From the UHGV virus genome UHGV-1526745: a stretch of 57,022 nt of DNA. One strand, written 5' to 3'. The position numbers were made by a program, and so were the translations under genes. Each line of letters opens with the position of its first letter. Positions within the stretch are counted from its first letter, which is position 1. The stretch comes from a virus. The notes below the pieces were generated by a model, which was not told where the DNA came from, did not search any database, and saw only the letters and a program-made list of their open reading frames with translations. This document shows positions 35,963 through 45,208 of this stretch, one piece after another.

Positions 35963-36247
35963 CTAGTAAATATCACACTTTATTGCGAATACCTTCACCG
36001 GATCAGGGCCGAATAGTGGATGTTGAATCAACTTGATTTCGTACCCCATGTAAGGCAATACGATAATCCGGTCTTTCTCATCATCCGATGGATAACCCCA
36101 TTTAATGATTAATCTTGTGTACTCCCGCCCCTCCAGGCGTTTACGCCAGTATTCATTGTAAAGCCGGTATTCCTCAACCTTCTTCCCCGCCCGGATAGCG
36201 TGGAAGTATTCTCCTTTTAAATTCAAATGCAGGTGTTTATTTGCCAT
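35963..36247 (-). CDS. ASCH/DUF3850-like protein
   Basis: MANKHLHLNLKGEYFHAIRAGKKVEEYR matches ASCH-type pattern (recalled). Confidence 0.5.
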   Translation of the reverse strand: MANKHLHLNLKGEYFHAIRAGKKVEEYRLYNEYWRKRLEGREYTRLIIKWGYPSDDEKDRIIVLPYMGYEIKLIQHPLFGPDPVKVFAIKCDIY

Positions 36248-36584
36248 CACTATCACCCTTAAAATATTGCTCAAGCGCACGTTTGACGTTCATTTCACGC
36301 TGATAATTGTTATCGCCGTAGATTGCGGCTGCCGATACGTGATCGATAATTTGCTGTAATAAATCAGGATGAATTTTTATTTTTTCATCAAGGACAATGC
36401 GCTCTGGTTCTTGCGCTACGGCGTTATCTTCAATAATTTCTATCTCACCACTACCACCGCATCGCGGACAAACAAACTTATCGCCTTGATACAGAAGGAG
36501 GCCGCAGCCTTTTTCAGTCTTAACAACCATGCCGTCGTCGTCGCAGTTTTCGCAATATAACCAACCGATATTAATCATTTTCAT
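36237..36584 (-). CDS. hypothetical Cys-rich protein (zinc-ribbon-like)
   Basis: Internal ATG after AAGGGG RBS; CENC...CPRC motifs. Confidence 0.4.
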   Translation of the reverse strand: MKMINIGWLYCENCDDDGMVVKTEKGCGLLLYQGDKFVCPRCGGSGEIEIIEDNAVAQEPERIVLDEKIKIHPDLLQQIIDHVSAAAIYGDNNYQREMNVKRALEQYFKGDSDGK

Positions 36585-36771
36585 TGTCGCCCCTTTTATA
36601 GATATGCACTGGCTTAACAGGGATGGCGGGCAATTCGCCATCATTTAACGCGCTTGCCATACCCAATATTAAGCGCGCTTCAGCACCAGTGACTTTTTTT
36701 ACAACATGCGCCGCCTGTTTTATCTTCGAATAAGATAACGGCAAACTGATCGTTTATTTCCAGTTTATCCA

Positions 36772-37494
36772 TCATTCACCTCGCGTCACTCGTTTAATTT
36801 CGTTATCAGCCCGCGCCTCTTCTTTGAACAATTCAGCGATGGCGTCTTCATAGAAAACCCGGTATTTTTTCCACCATGTTGATCGGCTTACCGGAAATAC
36901 AAGCTGATTAACCGCACGCCGGACAAGATCTACAGGGAAACGCGAGTACCCGCGCCCGCCGCAATGCTGGCACGTTTTGAACACTGGCATTTCCGCTGCT
37001 TCACTGGCTGCTTTATCCGGTATCTCGCCGCGCCCTTTGCATCGTTTACAATGATTGCGAACTTTTCCATGCCCCTTGCATTTTTTGCAAAGGTGTTTTT
37101 CTCCGTAGTCGTCAAACGTAAATTTATATCCGCCGCAATCCATACAAGTTTTTTCTGTCGCGGCACTCTGGCAGTAATCCCGAAACGCGAAAACGGCAAC
37201 AAGAATAATAAGATCATTGCGTTTGTCCTCGTCCAGCTCCATGACGTATTCGTAATCTTTTGCCATAGCTCTTAAACGCTCTGTAAGCAAAACTACGGCC
37301 CTGTGTTTTTCGGCTTGCGATAGTTCCATCTTCCCTAAAAAAGCGCTGTAACCAAGCTCTACGCGCGATTGCGCCATACCTGCAGCGGTTAGCGCATCAG
37401 TCGTATTAAGCGCATCCGGGGATGTGCCCCGGCTTTCGTCTGATAATCGCGGTGATTTGGGAAAGTGGAATTTCAGAATGGATTCTAAATTCAT
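36772..37494 (-). CDS. late-gene antiterminator Q (lambda Q family)
   Basis: MNLESILKFHFPKSPRLSD..., AAGMAQS, DYCQSAAT and Cys-rich region followed by GYSRFP...RAV align with lambda Q as recalled. Confidence 0.85.
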   Translation of the reverse strand: MNLESILKFHFPKSPRLSDESRGTSPDALNTTDALTAAGMAQSRVELGYSAFLGKMELSQAEKHRAVVLLTERLRAMAKDYEYVMELDEDKRNDLIILVAVFAFRDYCQSAATEKTCMDCGGYKFTFDDYGEKHLCKKCKGHGKVRNHCKRCKGRGEIPDKAASEAAEMPVFKTCQHCGGRGYSRFPVDLVRRAVNQLVFPVSRSTWWKKYRVFYEDAIAELFKEEARADNEIKRVTRGE

Positions 37495-37676
37495 TATTTC
37501 CCCCCGTAACGAGCAATAAGTTGTTTACGATCAGAAATAGACTGGACTAACTTTTTCTCAAGCTCTTTCAATGCAAGCAATTCGCGCATATGAAAAGCCC
37601 GGATTTGTCGGACTGTAGCTAAATCATGCTCATCGCGCTGAATATCTATTTGCAGATCTTTAACTTCGTTTTTCAT
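37494..37676 (-). CDS. hypothetical protein (60 aa)
   Basis: Track ORF between RusA and Q. Confidence 0.35.
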   Translation of the reverse strand: MKNEVKDLQIDIQRDEHDLATVRQIRAFHMRELLALKELEKKLVQSISDRKQLIARYGGK

Positions 37677-38080
37677 TGCTCACCCCACATATTAGTCGCG
37701 TATTCGTCAATATCCGGTAGTAGGTCGCCGCGTTCGCGGATCTTAATAAACAAGCGTCCGCCTTTTACCTTCCGGCAGCGGACAATTTTTATTGAGTCAA
37801 TTTGTCCATCATCTTTCCAAAATCCGGCATAAGTAAGGCTGTCAAATAGGCATTTAGGGATATTATCAAGATCCCTGGTCCGGTTATCAGGCGGCGCGGC
37901 ATAAATGGCGATTGCCAGTCGGCAAGACAGGTTAATGTCTAGATTTAATAATTCGATGATGTCTTTTACTTGTTCCCGGTATTCCTTCCCCACTTCGCTG
38001 ATATAGTGAAAACCCCGTGAATGTCGGTAATAGCGGTTATTCGATGGCGGGTAAGGCAGGCTAAAAGTATATTCATTCAT
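37673..38080 (-). CDS. rusA: Holliday junction resolvase RusA
   Basis: LPYPPSNNRYYRH... and RDLDNIPK motifs characteristic of RusA. Confidence 0.85.
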   Translation of the reverse strand: MNEYTFSLPYPPSNNRYYRHSRGFHYISEVGKEYREQVKDIIELLNLDINLSCRLAIAIYAAPPDNRTRDLDNIPKCLFDSLTYAGFWKDDGQIDSIKIVRCRKVKGGRLFIKIRERGDLLPDIDEYATNMWGEQ

Positions 38081-38682
38081 GCTGCCTTTCTCCTTAAGGC
38101 GTCCAATTTCGCCTGATAGATGTTTATTAGCTCCTTACATTCTGCGATCGTCCATTTATGCGTATCATTGTTGTTTTCCAGTGCTACCACCCTTGCGAGG
38201 CCAATTTTTCGAATCAGTGCCGGGCGATACCCTCCGATGCTGCCGTCTAGTGTCTGGTTGCAGTGCCTACATTGCTTATGGCAATTATCCTCGTTGAAGC
38301 GAAGGTGTCCGGCGGCGGCTACCGTCCTGTAATGACCTGCATCCCACCCGCATTGCTCACCGTAGTAAGTCCCGCAAGATATACACGGCAAGCGCGCGTC
38401 ACGTTCGCGAATATAGGCGTTAAATACATTTTGAACTTGTTTGATCCAATAACTACGCGGATTTAACTGTTTACGCTTCCGGTTGCGTTCTTCCCTCTGG
38501 CTATCACGGCGTTTCTTCCGCTCCATAGCCTTCATAGCCTTCTCACGGTCGCGGCATAGCTGGTCAAACTTCAGTTCTTCCAGACATTCATCGCTGCACC
38601 ACGTTTGATTGTGATATTTAGGCTCAAAAAAAACGCCGCAGCATTTGCAACGGCGTCTTATTGGTTTCTTAGGGTTTTGCAT
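38077..38682 (-). CDS. ninG: recombination protein NinG
   Basis: Internal start MQNPKKPIRRRCKCCG...; PRSYWIK, CISCG and DAGHYRT motifs as in lambda NinG. Confidence 0.8.
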   Translation of the reverse strand: MQNPKKPIRRRCKCCGVFFEPKYHNQTWCSDECLEELKFDQLCRDREKAMKAMERKKRRDSQREERNRKRKQLNPRSYWIKQVQNVFNAYIRERDARLPCISCGTYYGEQCGWDAGHYRTVAAAGHLRFNEDNCHKQCRHCNQTLDGSIGGYRPALIRKIGLARVVALENNNDTHKWTIAECKELINIYQAKLDALRRKAA

Positions 38683-38696
38683 AAAAACCACCCCGA

Positions 38697-38873
38697 TTAT
38701 TCTTGATTCTCTGTTTCGTTCAGCCTTTCGGCGTGTCCAGCCCTTAGCAAGCGATCTACGCATTCGTTGCACTCGTTACATTCTCCCTTCTTCGTGCTGC
38801 ATACACTGCACATTGCACGCATGACACTTTCCCGTTCATAGTCGTCATGCCATTGGTAATTCTCAAAAGACAT
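38697..38873 (-). CDS. small Cys-rich protein (58 aa)
   Basis: Manual translation MSFENYQWHDDYERESVMRAMCSVCSTKKGECNECNECVDRLL...; below track cutoff. Confidence 0.25.
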   Translation of the reverse strand: MSFENYQWHDDYERESVMRAMCSVCSTKKGECNECNECVDRLLRAGHAERLNETENQE

Positions 38874-39033
38874 AATGCTCTCTCCTTTTTCAGGTGATTT
38901 TTACGCATTTCAGCGTTACCGGATTTTTAAAGAGCATTTTGTTTGTTTGAAGTATACAAAACGGATACATGCGAACAAACAATAAAGCGCCATTATGTGA
39001 TCCGCATCACACAATGACGCCATTTTGTAAACA

Positions 39034-39798
39034 TCAATCCGGTAAAACGCGGTTAAGAGTAGTCCGCGTGATTGCCCGGTCATTAGCCAGGAATACAGCA
39101 CGGGCGAATCCTCGCGGCGTGAGTGAGCGGATCATCTTAGTGCGCTTCGACTTCCCGCCTAACTTCGCGTGCTGCTTACTATCTTCCCACTCATCAGGCA
39201 TTGGTACAGGCCGAAATAGCGGCTGTTTAAATCCGTTGCCGCACCAGATACAAGTTTTCTTCGTGTAGGCGTCGCGGTCGGCGATGTATTCCGGGAAAGC
39301 TGGATGCTTATCATCTTCCGGCAGGTAGCCACCGTAAGCGCACGGATTAAAAATGAAATCCGGCTTACGCCATAACGTTGACAGTGCTCCAACCGGGTTT
39401 TCCACCATCCACGGGACGTGGTACATGTCAGCAAGCGTTTCTACCAGTTTTGCGTTGTATGCCGCCTTCTGCTGGAAGTAAGGATCTTTTTCACGCTTGC
39501 TTGAAAACCAACGAGCGCCGGACACCGCAAGATCGTCGCACGGAGGAAAGCCCAGGATAATGTCAGGATCTGGATAAACAGACAATTCAGGGGAGAACAT
39601 TACCAGGAAATGGCTGTCAATCCATACGTTGACATATTCAATGTTAGGATGAATGATCTTGACGCCTTCATAATCGCCATGATTAGCGCCGTCATAATTG
39701 AAACAATAACACTTATAGCCAGCGTCGGCCCAATCTTTAACGGCGTACCCGCTGCCGTCGTACAGCGACCACACCACCCAATTTCTAAGCCCACTCAT
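39034..39798 (-). CDS. putative DNA C5-cytosine methyltransferase-like protein
   Basis: Motifs LYDGSG, GFPPCDD and MVENPVGAL resemble C5-MTase motifs I, IV and VI. Confidence 0.5.
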   Translation of the reverse strand: MSGLRNWVVWSLYDGSGYAVKDWADAGYKCYCFNYDGANHGDYEGVKIIHPNIEYVNVWIDSHFLVMFSPELSVYPDPDIILGFPPCDDLAVSGARWFSSKREKDPYFQQKAAYNAKLVETLADMYHVPWMVENPVGALSTLWRKPDFIFNPCAYGGYLPEDDKHPAFPEYIADRDAYTKKTCIWCGNGFKQPLFRPVPMPDEWEDSKQHAKLGGKSKRTKMIRSLTPRGFARAVFLANDRAITRTTLNRVLPD

Positions 39799-40370
39799 TT
39801 CCTACCCTCGAACGTAAAATAGCGACGAATGATGATAGTGATCACCGTTACAGCCGCCATTTTTGAGATGAATTGCATAGCTGATATTTCCGGCATAAAT
39901 GCCATAAACGATAGCGTGGGAAAAATTAACGCATCACCAATGGCGGACGCTATATTCGCAGGCCAGCGTTTTGAATCGAAATCGCCAGGTAAAATCCGGT
40001 AAACACCGCCAGAAATAAGCGCACCGGAAACAACCGCGACGAATGACGCGATCGCCACCATCCCGGCATCGTAGTTTATCAGCACCGTGATTGCGCCAGC
40101 GGCGGCGCATGTTGTAGCCGACCATTTCAGGCCGCCGTCATATAACAGGAAGTCACGGATCATCATATTGACGCACACGGCGGCTACCGTGGTGATCGGA
40201 ATTACCCACGGGCCGCAGTGGTTAACAATAAGGTTAATGATCACGAAAACGGCGACATAAATGCAGGCCAATAACCTGTCAATTGTCACCCTTTCCATTT
40301 TTATGATACCCCGCCGCGCGTAGTAGTGATTCGTTATCACACTTACCATCAAGCCTGTTTGCAAGGACAC
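39795..40370 (-). CDS. hypothetical polytopic membrane protein
   Basis: Track ORF; several hydrophobic segments. Confidence 0.45.
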   Translation of the reverse strand: MSLQTGLMVSVITNHYYARRGIIKMERVTIDRLLACIYVAVFVIINLIVNHCGPWVIPITTVAAVCVNMMIRDFLLYDGGLKWSATTCAAAGAITVLINYDAGMVAIASFVAVVSGALISGGVYRILPGDFDSKRWPANIASAIGDALIFPTLSFMAFMPEISAMQFISKMAAVTVITIIIRRYFTFEGRK

Positions 40371-40436
40371 TATTTAGCGTTACCTTGCTGCTGGCGATTA
40401 AGTCGCCTGGTATTGAGGCATTCTTACAGCCGCAAT

Positions 40437-40769
40437 TTAACGGTATATCAAAACAGCCCGTTTCTTTCTTTGGGCTTCCTCCCGCTCCGTTAATATTTGC
40501 TCCGCTTTTAGCGCGTTATAGCTAATCAAATCAATTAGCGTGTCTGTCGGATCTGATTTATTGCTTAAAATGGCCTCTAAACGCGCCTCCTTGAGACAAA
40601 TTAGCAGATCCCATACATCAAGCGGGGTTAAATCTGCTCCCTTCTTAGCGTTGTAAATAGTGGCTATTTTTGGCGCTGATTTTTCCTCTTTTTTGTCGTA
40701 GCCGTTTTGTTTACCTCTTTGCTCTATGGTTTCCGCTGCAAGTCTCAATAAATCTGCTGCCTTAGTCAT
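40437..40769 (-). CDS. hypothetical protein
   Basis: Track ORF 40437..40787; internal ATG chosen. Confidence 0.4.
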   Translation of the reverse strand: MTKAADLLRLAAETIEQRGKQNGYDKKEEKSAPKIATIYNAKKGADLTPLDVWDLLICLKEARLEAILSNKSDPTDTLIDLISYNALKAEQILTEREEAQRKKRAVLIYR

Positions 40770-41301
40770 TATCTGCACCTCTTGCATATAGCTCTTTACG
40801 TGTTATCTGCGTGAAAATACATTCATGTCTGCACCGTGGATGCCAGATCAAGAACAAGCTCCCCTTATTGTTTCCGCTTGCTGGTTTACCCGTCGCGGCA
40901 TTAATAAACGCCAGCCGCCCGCGCGTGATTAATCGGCATTCATTTGCCGTCTCCACGCCGTTCATAAACCAACTAACAGAAGTGTCGGCTGGCAATAACA
41001 TTACACAGCCAATATGATTTCGGTGGTGTTCAAACGCCGCCTTATCAACGAATGGTCCCGGATTAGAATATGGTGGATTCATCCAGACATATTCACCAGG
41101 CATCGCCACCGCTCCCCACGGGTAATTAAGCGTGTTCATTTCTTCGGTTATATATCGCGGAACTAATGCATTTGCCTTGTTTGCCGCCACGTCCGCGACG
41201 AATTCGAATTCCCGATCCATTCCTCTAAAAACAGGTTTCGGCGTCTGCCATAGGTCTTTTATTTCTTTCGGCGTATGACTGCCGCCGTAATCATTTTTCA
41301 T
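40762..41301 (-). CDS. phage-type DNA N6-adenine methyltransferase (Dam family)
   Basis: NPPYS catalytic motif; 179 aa. Confidence 0.8.
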   Translation of the reverse strand: MKNDYGGSHTPKEIKDLWQTPKPVFRGMDREFEFVADVAANKANALVPRYITEEMNTLNYPWGAVAMPGEYVWMNPPYSNPGPFVDKAAFEHHRNHIGCVMLLPADTSVSWFMNGVETANECRLITRGRLAFINAATGKPASGNNKGSLFLIWHPRCRHECIFTQITRKELYARGADND

Positions 41302-41311
41302 TGCGTCCCCC

Positions 41312-41545
41312 TTAGAAATAATCCTGCTCCGTCCCCCAGCGGTTATTCAGATACCCCACCAACCACACAAAACGCTCAATGCTGATTAGCGGGGCGACCT
41401 TGCGATAATGCTTGTCGAGTATCAGCCGCGTGGCTTTATCGCTGTAGCCGTTCTTCTCTACCTCCGCTTTGCAGGCCGAAAGCGCGGCGCGGGCGGCAGT
41501 CTTTACGGCGTTAAATTGCGGCTCTGACATATTGAATAAGGCCAT
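41312..41545 (-). CDS. hypothetical protein
   Basis: Internal start of track ORF 41312..41704. Confidence 0.35.
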   Translation of the reverse strand: MALFNMSEPQFNAVKTAARAALSACKAEVEKNGYSDKATRLILDKHYRKVAPLISIERFVWLVGYLNNRWGTEQDYF

Positions 41546-41549
41546 AGGA

Positions 41550-41786
41550 TCACCATGTGTCAGTCCAATCCGGCGCGGCAGTCCAGCAAAAACCAATGAA
41601 TGCGCTAACAGCCAATAAAGCGCGGGCTGCAAAAAGAATATTCCCAATGTCGTTAAATTCAGGAAGCGACCACGTAATAAACATAGCCCCCAGCATAATA
41701 ACACCGATAACAGTCAGGGCCGCCAGGAAAACAAAAAGCGTAGCCAAAAGCCACGCCCCCAACCAGTTAAAAAAGCTCTTAAGCAT
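41550..41786 (-). CDS. hypothetical membrane protein
   Basis: Internal start (MLKSFFNWLGAW...); two TM segments. Confidence 0.4.
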   Translation of the reverse strand: MLKSFFNWLGAWLLATLFVFLAALTVIGVIMLGAMFITWSLPEFNDIGNILFAARALLAVSAFIGFCWTAAPDWTDTW

Positions 41787-41787
41787 T

Positions 41788-41991
41788 TTAAACGTCCTCA
41801 ATTACCCCGCCTTTCACGCGCTCTTTAATATCCCATACGTGAGGCTTGCATATTTCTTGATAGTAGTGATCCGGCCTGCTGCCGAAATACCATTTGCCAT
41901 CCATATAAAAATAAACGCCAGAAAAATTTCCTGGCGCTGCCTTTGTTGCTGCTTCTGGAATTTTCCATTCCATGTAATGTTTAAATTTCAT
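41788..41991 (-). CDS. hypothetical protein (67 aa)
   Basis: Track ORF. Confidence 0.35.
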   Translation of the reverse strand: MKFKHYMEWKIPEAATKAAPGNFSGVYFYMDGKWYFGSRPDHYYQEICKPHVWDIKERVKGGVIEDV

Positions 41992-42175
41992 GAGTTTTTA
42001 AATAACCTCTTCTGAATGCTTTGATGTAAATTCCTAATCTCCTTATATGTTGAACGCCATCAATAAGACGTATTAAATAAATCGCTCCTTTTGCGTCAGA
42101 TACAAATCTACACCCGAAACCAATGCCAACTAATTTTAGGCTATCAGGTATTCGATAATCAGTTTCTTGTTCCAT
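41981..42175 (-). CDS. hypothetical protein (64 aa)
   Basis: Track ORF. Confidence 0.35.
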   Translation of the reverse strand: MEQETDYRIPDSLKLVGIGFGCRFVSDAKGAIYLIRLIDGVQHIRRLGIYIKAFRRGYLKTHEI

Positions 42176-42271
42176 ACATTACCTCATATGGTATTCAATA
42201 AACCACCTGATAAACAGGTATAAGGCAATAAAACCCCAGAAACAGCACATATAAAACAATGTATCGTCCAT
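42176..42271 (-). CDS. tiny hydrophobic peptide (31 aa) MDDTLFYMCCFWGFIALYLFIRWFIEYHMR
   Basis: Manual translation; abuts downstream ORF. Confidence 0.3.
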
Positions 42272-42273
42272 AA

Positions 42274-42492
42274 TTAAGCCTCAATAACACCGTAATCAAA
42301 CGTGCCTAAATACCGTTCGATACTTACAACCTCAATACCATCAATACACCGTTTCCACACAGACACCTGGCTTTCATTTTCTCTGAAGTGCATATTAGAA
42401 AGCACTTCATCGGCTGGATAGTCTTTCCCGGCGACGTAGGCATCGTGACCTACGCCACCTTCTACGCAATAAAGCATCAATTCGCGTTCCAT
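42274..42492 (-). CDS. hypothetical protein
   Basis: Internal ATG after GGAGG RBS within track ORF 42274..42549. Confidence 0.35.
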   Translation of the reverse strand: MERELMLYCVEGGVGHDAYVAGKDYPADEVLSNMHFRENESQVSVWKRCIDGIEVVSIERYLGTFDYGVIEA

Positions 42493-42591
42493 TTTTGCTT
42501 CCTCCGCACCGTAAACCTTTTGATTTCGGCTTACAAAACGGATATACAATCACAATACAAAATGTATATTTATGTGATCGGAATTACTCGG

Positions 42592-43212
42592 TTAATGCAG
42601 TACACGTTTTCCCTGTTCAGGCGTCGGCTGTGCGTTTTTCCGTGCGTAATTAAGCACAGCGATAGCCGCCTGTACGCCGAAATCATTTGCACGCATATCA
42701 TTGCCAACCATTTCACCGTAAAACAATGGCATGAGCGCTTTTACTTCTTCCTCTTTGTGGCCTTCCTCAATGCATTTCTGCAACATCTTAACCTCAAAGA
42801 TATTTTTCATCAGGACGCGCATAGAATGCAGTGAAACACTACCAAGCTGTTCCTTGTTCAACGGGAAAATGACAGCACTTCCGAACGCGAGCGGATCAAC
42901 CTCTTCCGGCACTGGTACGCGTCCGAATTCTTCCTCCATGCGCTTCACAAAAGTAAGAGAGAATACATAACGCGCTACCGATGTTTTTTCTTCCATACTT
43001 AAAGACACGTAATCGCGGATTGACGCACCCATCACAATATCAACAACCTGTAGCGCCAGATTCAAATCAGCGTCATACGCGCCAGCTTCCATATCTTTCA
43101 ATACTTCGTGATAATCTTTAATTTCCACTTCGTGAAAGTTTGCATCATCTGTATAGCGAGTGATCAACATACCTTCATTACCGAGAGAGTAAGCTGTTTT
43201 GATGTCGTTCAT
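42592..43212 (-). CDS. hypothetical protein (206 aa)
   Basis: Track ORF. Confidence 0.45.
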   Translation of the reverse strand: MNDIKTAYSLGNEGMLITRYTDDANFHEVEIKDYHEVLKDMEAGAYDADLNLALQVVDIVMGASIRDYVSLSMEEKTSVARYVFSLTFVKRMEEEFGRVPVPEEVDPLAFGSAVIFPLNKEQLGSVSLHSMRVLMKNIFEVKMLQKCIEEGHKEEEVKALMPLFYGEMVGNDMRANDFGVQAAIAVLNYARKNAQPTPEQGKRVLH

Positions 43213-43225
43213 GATATTTATCCTT

Positions 43226-43558
43226 TTATAGTGGGTGATGCCATTTCATTTCAGTTTCTGAATTAAACGGGTTTCCTTCGCTTGAAAGGAATAAATCACG
43301 CTCCCGTTTCAGTTCTTCCGGGCTTATTTCTATTTCATCAATCTGACCGAACGATCCCGGCATCATTCGTTTTAAATCAGATAGCGGACGCATAAGGCCG
43401 CAGCCGCGTAACAGCATATCGACCGCGAATTGTCTACGTCCGCCAGCGTCATTGAAGCGCCGCGCCCAGGGCACAACCACGATCCGGCGTTCGAATTCGA
43501 TAAATAGTGATAGCTTGTTTGTTTCGCTATCATATGCTTTATGGAATTTAATTTTCAT
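43226..43558 (-). CDS. hypothetical protein (110 aa)
   Basis: Track ORF. Confidence 0.4.
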   Translation of the reverse strand: MKIKFHKAYDSETNKLSLFIEFERRIVVVPWARRFNDAGGRRQFAVDMLLRGCGLMRPLSDLKRMMPGSFGQIDEIEISPEELKRERDLFLSSEGNPFNSETEMKWHHPL

Positions 43559-43739
43559 TTAACACCTCAACATATTGTTCAAGATGCCATTGACCCACCT
43601 CATCATCTTCCTCGTCAAATAATGTTACCTGACCACCAGGCCCAAAAGAAAAGGCAGCTATGATAAATTTATACCCATACCACGTACGGATCTTTTCGCC
43701 GCCTTTTAAATCTTTAACTTTTACCAATTTTATAGCCAT
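43548..43739 (-). CDS. hypothetical protein (63 aa)
   Basis: Track ORF. Confidence 0.35.
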   Translation of the reverse strand: MAIKLVKVKDLKGGEKIRTWYGYKFIIAAFSFGPGGQVTLFDEEDDEVGQWHLEQYVEVLNEN

Positions 43740-44002
43740 ACGCCGAACATCCCATTCAGTCCGGCGAACAATTTCCGCCAGTGGTCTTCAACATAAGCCC
43801 GGAACGGCTTAACGCGAACGTTACGGGCCTTCAGTTCGATCTTGTCAAAGAAGCGCGGCTCTATAATTGTTCCGTCCAGATATTTAACCAGGATCGGACG
43901 CTCAAGATCGTTATATGTCTTATTCAGCACAACCAGACCAGGGTCTTTACGGTATTCCGGGAGCACGACCAGATCACCCGTTTTGATATTCATGAATGGC
44001 AT
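43730..44002 (-). CDS. hypothetical protein
   Basis: Track ORF 43730..44005 (GTG); ATG at 44002 preferred. Confidence 0.4.
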   Translation of the reverse strand: MPFMNIKTGDLVVLPEYRKDPGLVVLNKTYNDLERPILVKYLDGTIIEPRFFDKIELKARNVRVKPFRAYVEDHWRKLFAGLNGMFGVWL

Positions 44003-44118
44003 CACATCACCCCGCCGATATAGCTAATAATTGCCGCAGTCGCGCCAGCTATTACCACCATGAAGACGAAAGCGACCACATAGAAAACAGCCTTGACAGT
44101 ATTTTTGTCGACTCGCAT
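44002..44118 (-). CDS. small hydrophobic peptide (38 aa) MRVDKNTVKAVFYVVAFVFMVVIAGATAAIISYIGGVM
   Basis: Manual translation; coupled to neighbours. Confidence 0.35.
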   Translation of the reverse strand: MRVDKNTVKAVFYVVAFVFMVVIAGATAAIISYIGGVM

Positions 44119-44125
44119 ATAAACC

Positions 44126-44233
44126 TCACATGTCAGTAATCAGCTTAACAATCGCCACAGTGATATAGAGTGACGCACTAAGGTAAACAGCCGCCACAGC
44201 AACGGCGGCGGATAACATTGCAATCTTTTTCAT
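44126..44233 (-). CDS. small hydrophobic peptide (35 aa) MKKIAMLSAAVAVAAVYLSASLYITVAIVKLITDM
   Basis: Manual translation; ATGA overlap with upstream stop. Confidence 0.35.
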   Translation of the reverse strand: MKKIAMLSAAVAVAAVYLSASLYITVAIVKLITDM

Positions 44234-44481
44234 TTGCCACCCTCCGCAATGAACTTATCAAGCCATTTGTTATTAGCCAGCCGTTCGGCATCTTCGCCAA
44301 ATGATTTACGTTCGCTTAATTCCTTGCGCGTCGGGAAAGGCCATTTATCGTGCCAGCCCGCCGACGTTTCGAATTCATAGTTATCGCCACCGAATTCGAC
44401 AAATACATCACCATCGTCTGAGGTTTCCGCAGTCCCCTGAAAACCGCGCCCGTTATTTTCGCTTAATGTTGTAGCTGTCAT
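44230..44481 (-). CDS. hypothetical protein (83 aa)
   Basis: Track ORF. Confidence 0.4.
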   Translation of the reverse strand: MTATTLSENNGRGFQGTAETSDDGDVFVEFGGDNYEFETSAGWHDKWPFPTRKELSERKSFGEDAERLANNKWLDKFIAEGGK

Positions 44482-44493
44482 GGTAATACCTCA

Positions 44494-44772
44494 TTAATCG
44501 TTAATAACCTTGCCCATACGCCCGCGATATTTGCGCATTCGTGGATCAACATATTCAGGCCACTGCATATCATCAGTTTTCTGTAGCGGGTAAGAACTCG
44601 CTCGCCAGTTGTCAAACCAGATTTGCTTCGCGTACAGGTCACTAAATCTTTTCGCCATTCGATCCGCTGCCGTGCCGCATAAAAAAAGCCCGCGATCGAT
44701 TTGATCGCGGGCTTCTTTTAATACTTGCTCTTTTGTTCGTGGTTGCGGTGGCGGTTTTAGACAATCACTCAT
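44494..44772 (-). CDS. hypothetical protein
   Basis: Internal start (MSDCLKPPPQ...) of track ORF 44494..44904. Confidence 0.4.
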   Translation of the reverse strand: MSDCLKPPPQPRTKEQVLKEARDQIDRGLFLCGTAADRMAKRFSDLYAKQIWFDNWRASSYPLQKTDDMQWPEYVDPRMRKYRGRMGKVIND

Positions 44773-44788
44773 CGCTAACACATTGATT

Positions 44789-45208
44789 CTAAAAAGGAAT
44801 ATCGTCGTCGAAGTCCATCGGAGGCGGATTATTCCCGTTATTATTCTGCTGCTGCGGCGGCGCTTTCTGCTGCTGTCCTTGCTGCTGGCCTTGTTGGTTA
44901 ACATTCATGAATTCAAATTCATTAACCGCCACTTCTACCGCAGTCCCCTTCGTGCCGTCGTTCCGGTCATATTGCCGAACATCCAGGCGACCGCTTACCA
45001 CTATTTTTCCACCCTTGCGGATATGTGGCGCTAATTTTTCCGCACGCTCACCAAATACCAGGCAAGTGATCCACATTGTCCGCTTGTTATCACCGTAGCC
45101 ATTCGTTACAGCTAACGGAAAACTACCAATCGCTTTACCGTTTTGCGTGTAGCGAACTTCCATGTCGTTTCCGATATTCCCGCCCAGCGTAATTGAATTC
45201 AAACTCAT
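44789..45208 (-). CDS. ssb: single-stranded DNA-binding protein
   Basis: OB-fold N-terminus, Gln/Gly-rich linker, acidic tail DFDDDIPF. Confidence 0.9.
   Translation of the reverse strand: MSLNSITLGGNIGNDMEVRYTQNGKAIGSFPLAVTNGYGDNKRTMWITCLVFGERAEKLAPHIRKGGKIVVSGRLDVRQYDRNDGTKGTAVEVAVNEFEFMNVNQQGQQQGQQQKAPPQQQNNNGNNPPPMDFDDDIPF

Noticed and set aside
32370-36650. Toxin or classical virulence cargo between Q and lysis genes
   Set aside because: None of the small proteins shows a signal peptide plus toxin-like signature that I can recognise; left as unknown accessory genes
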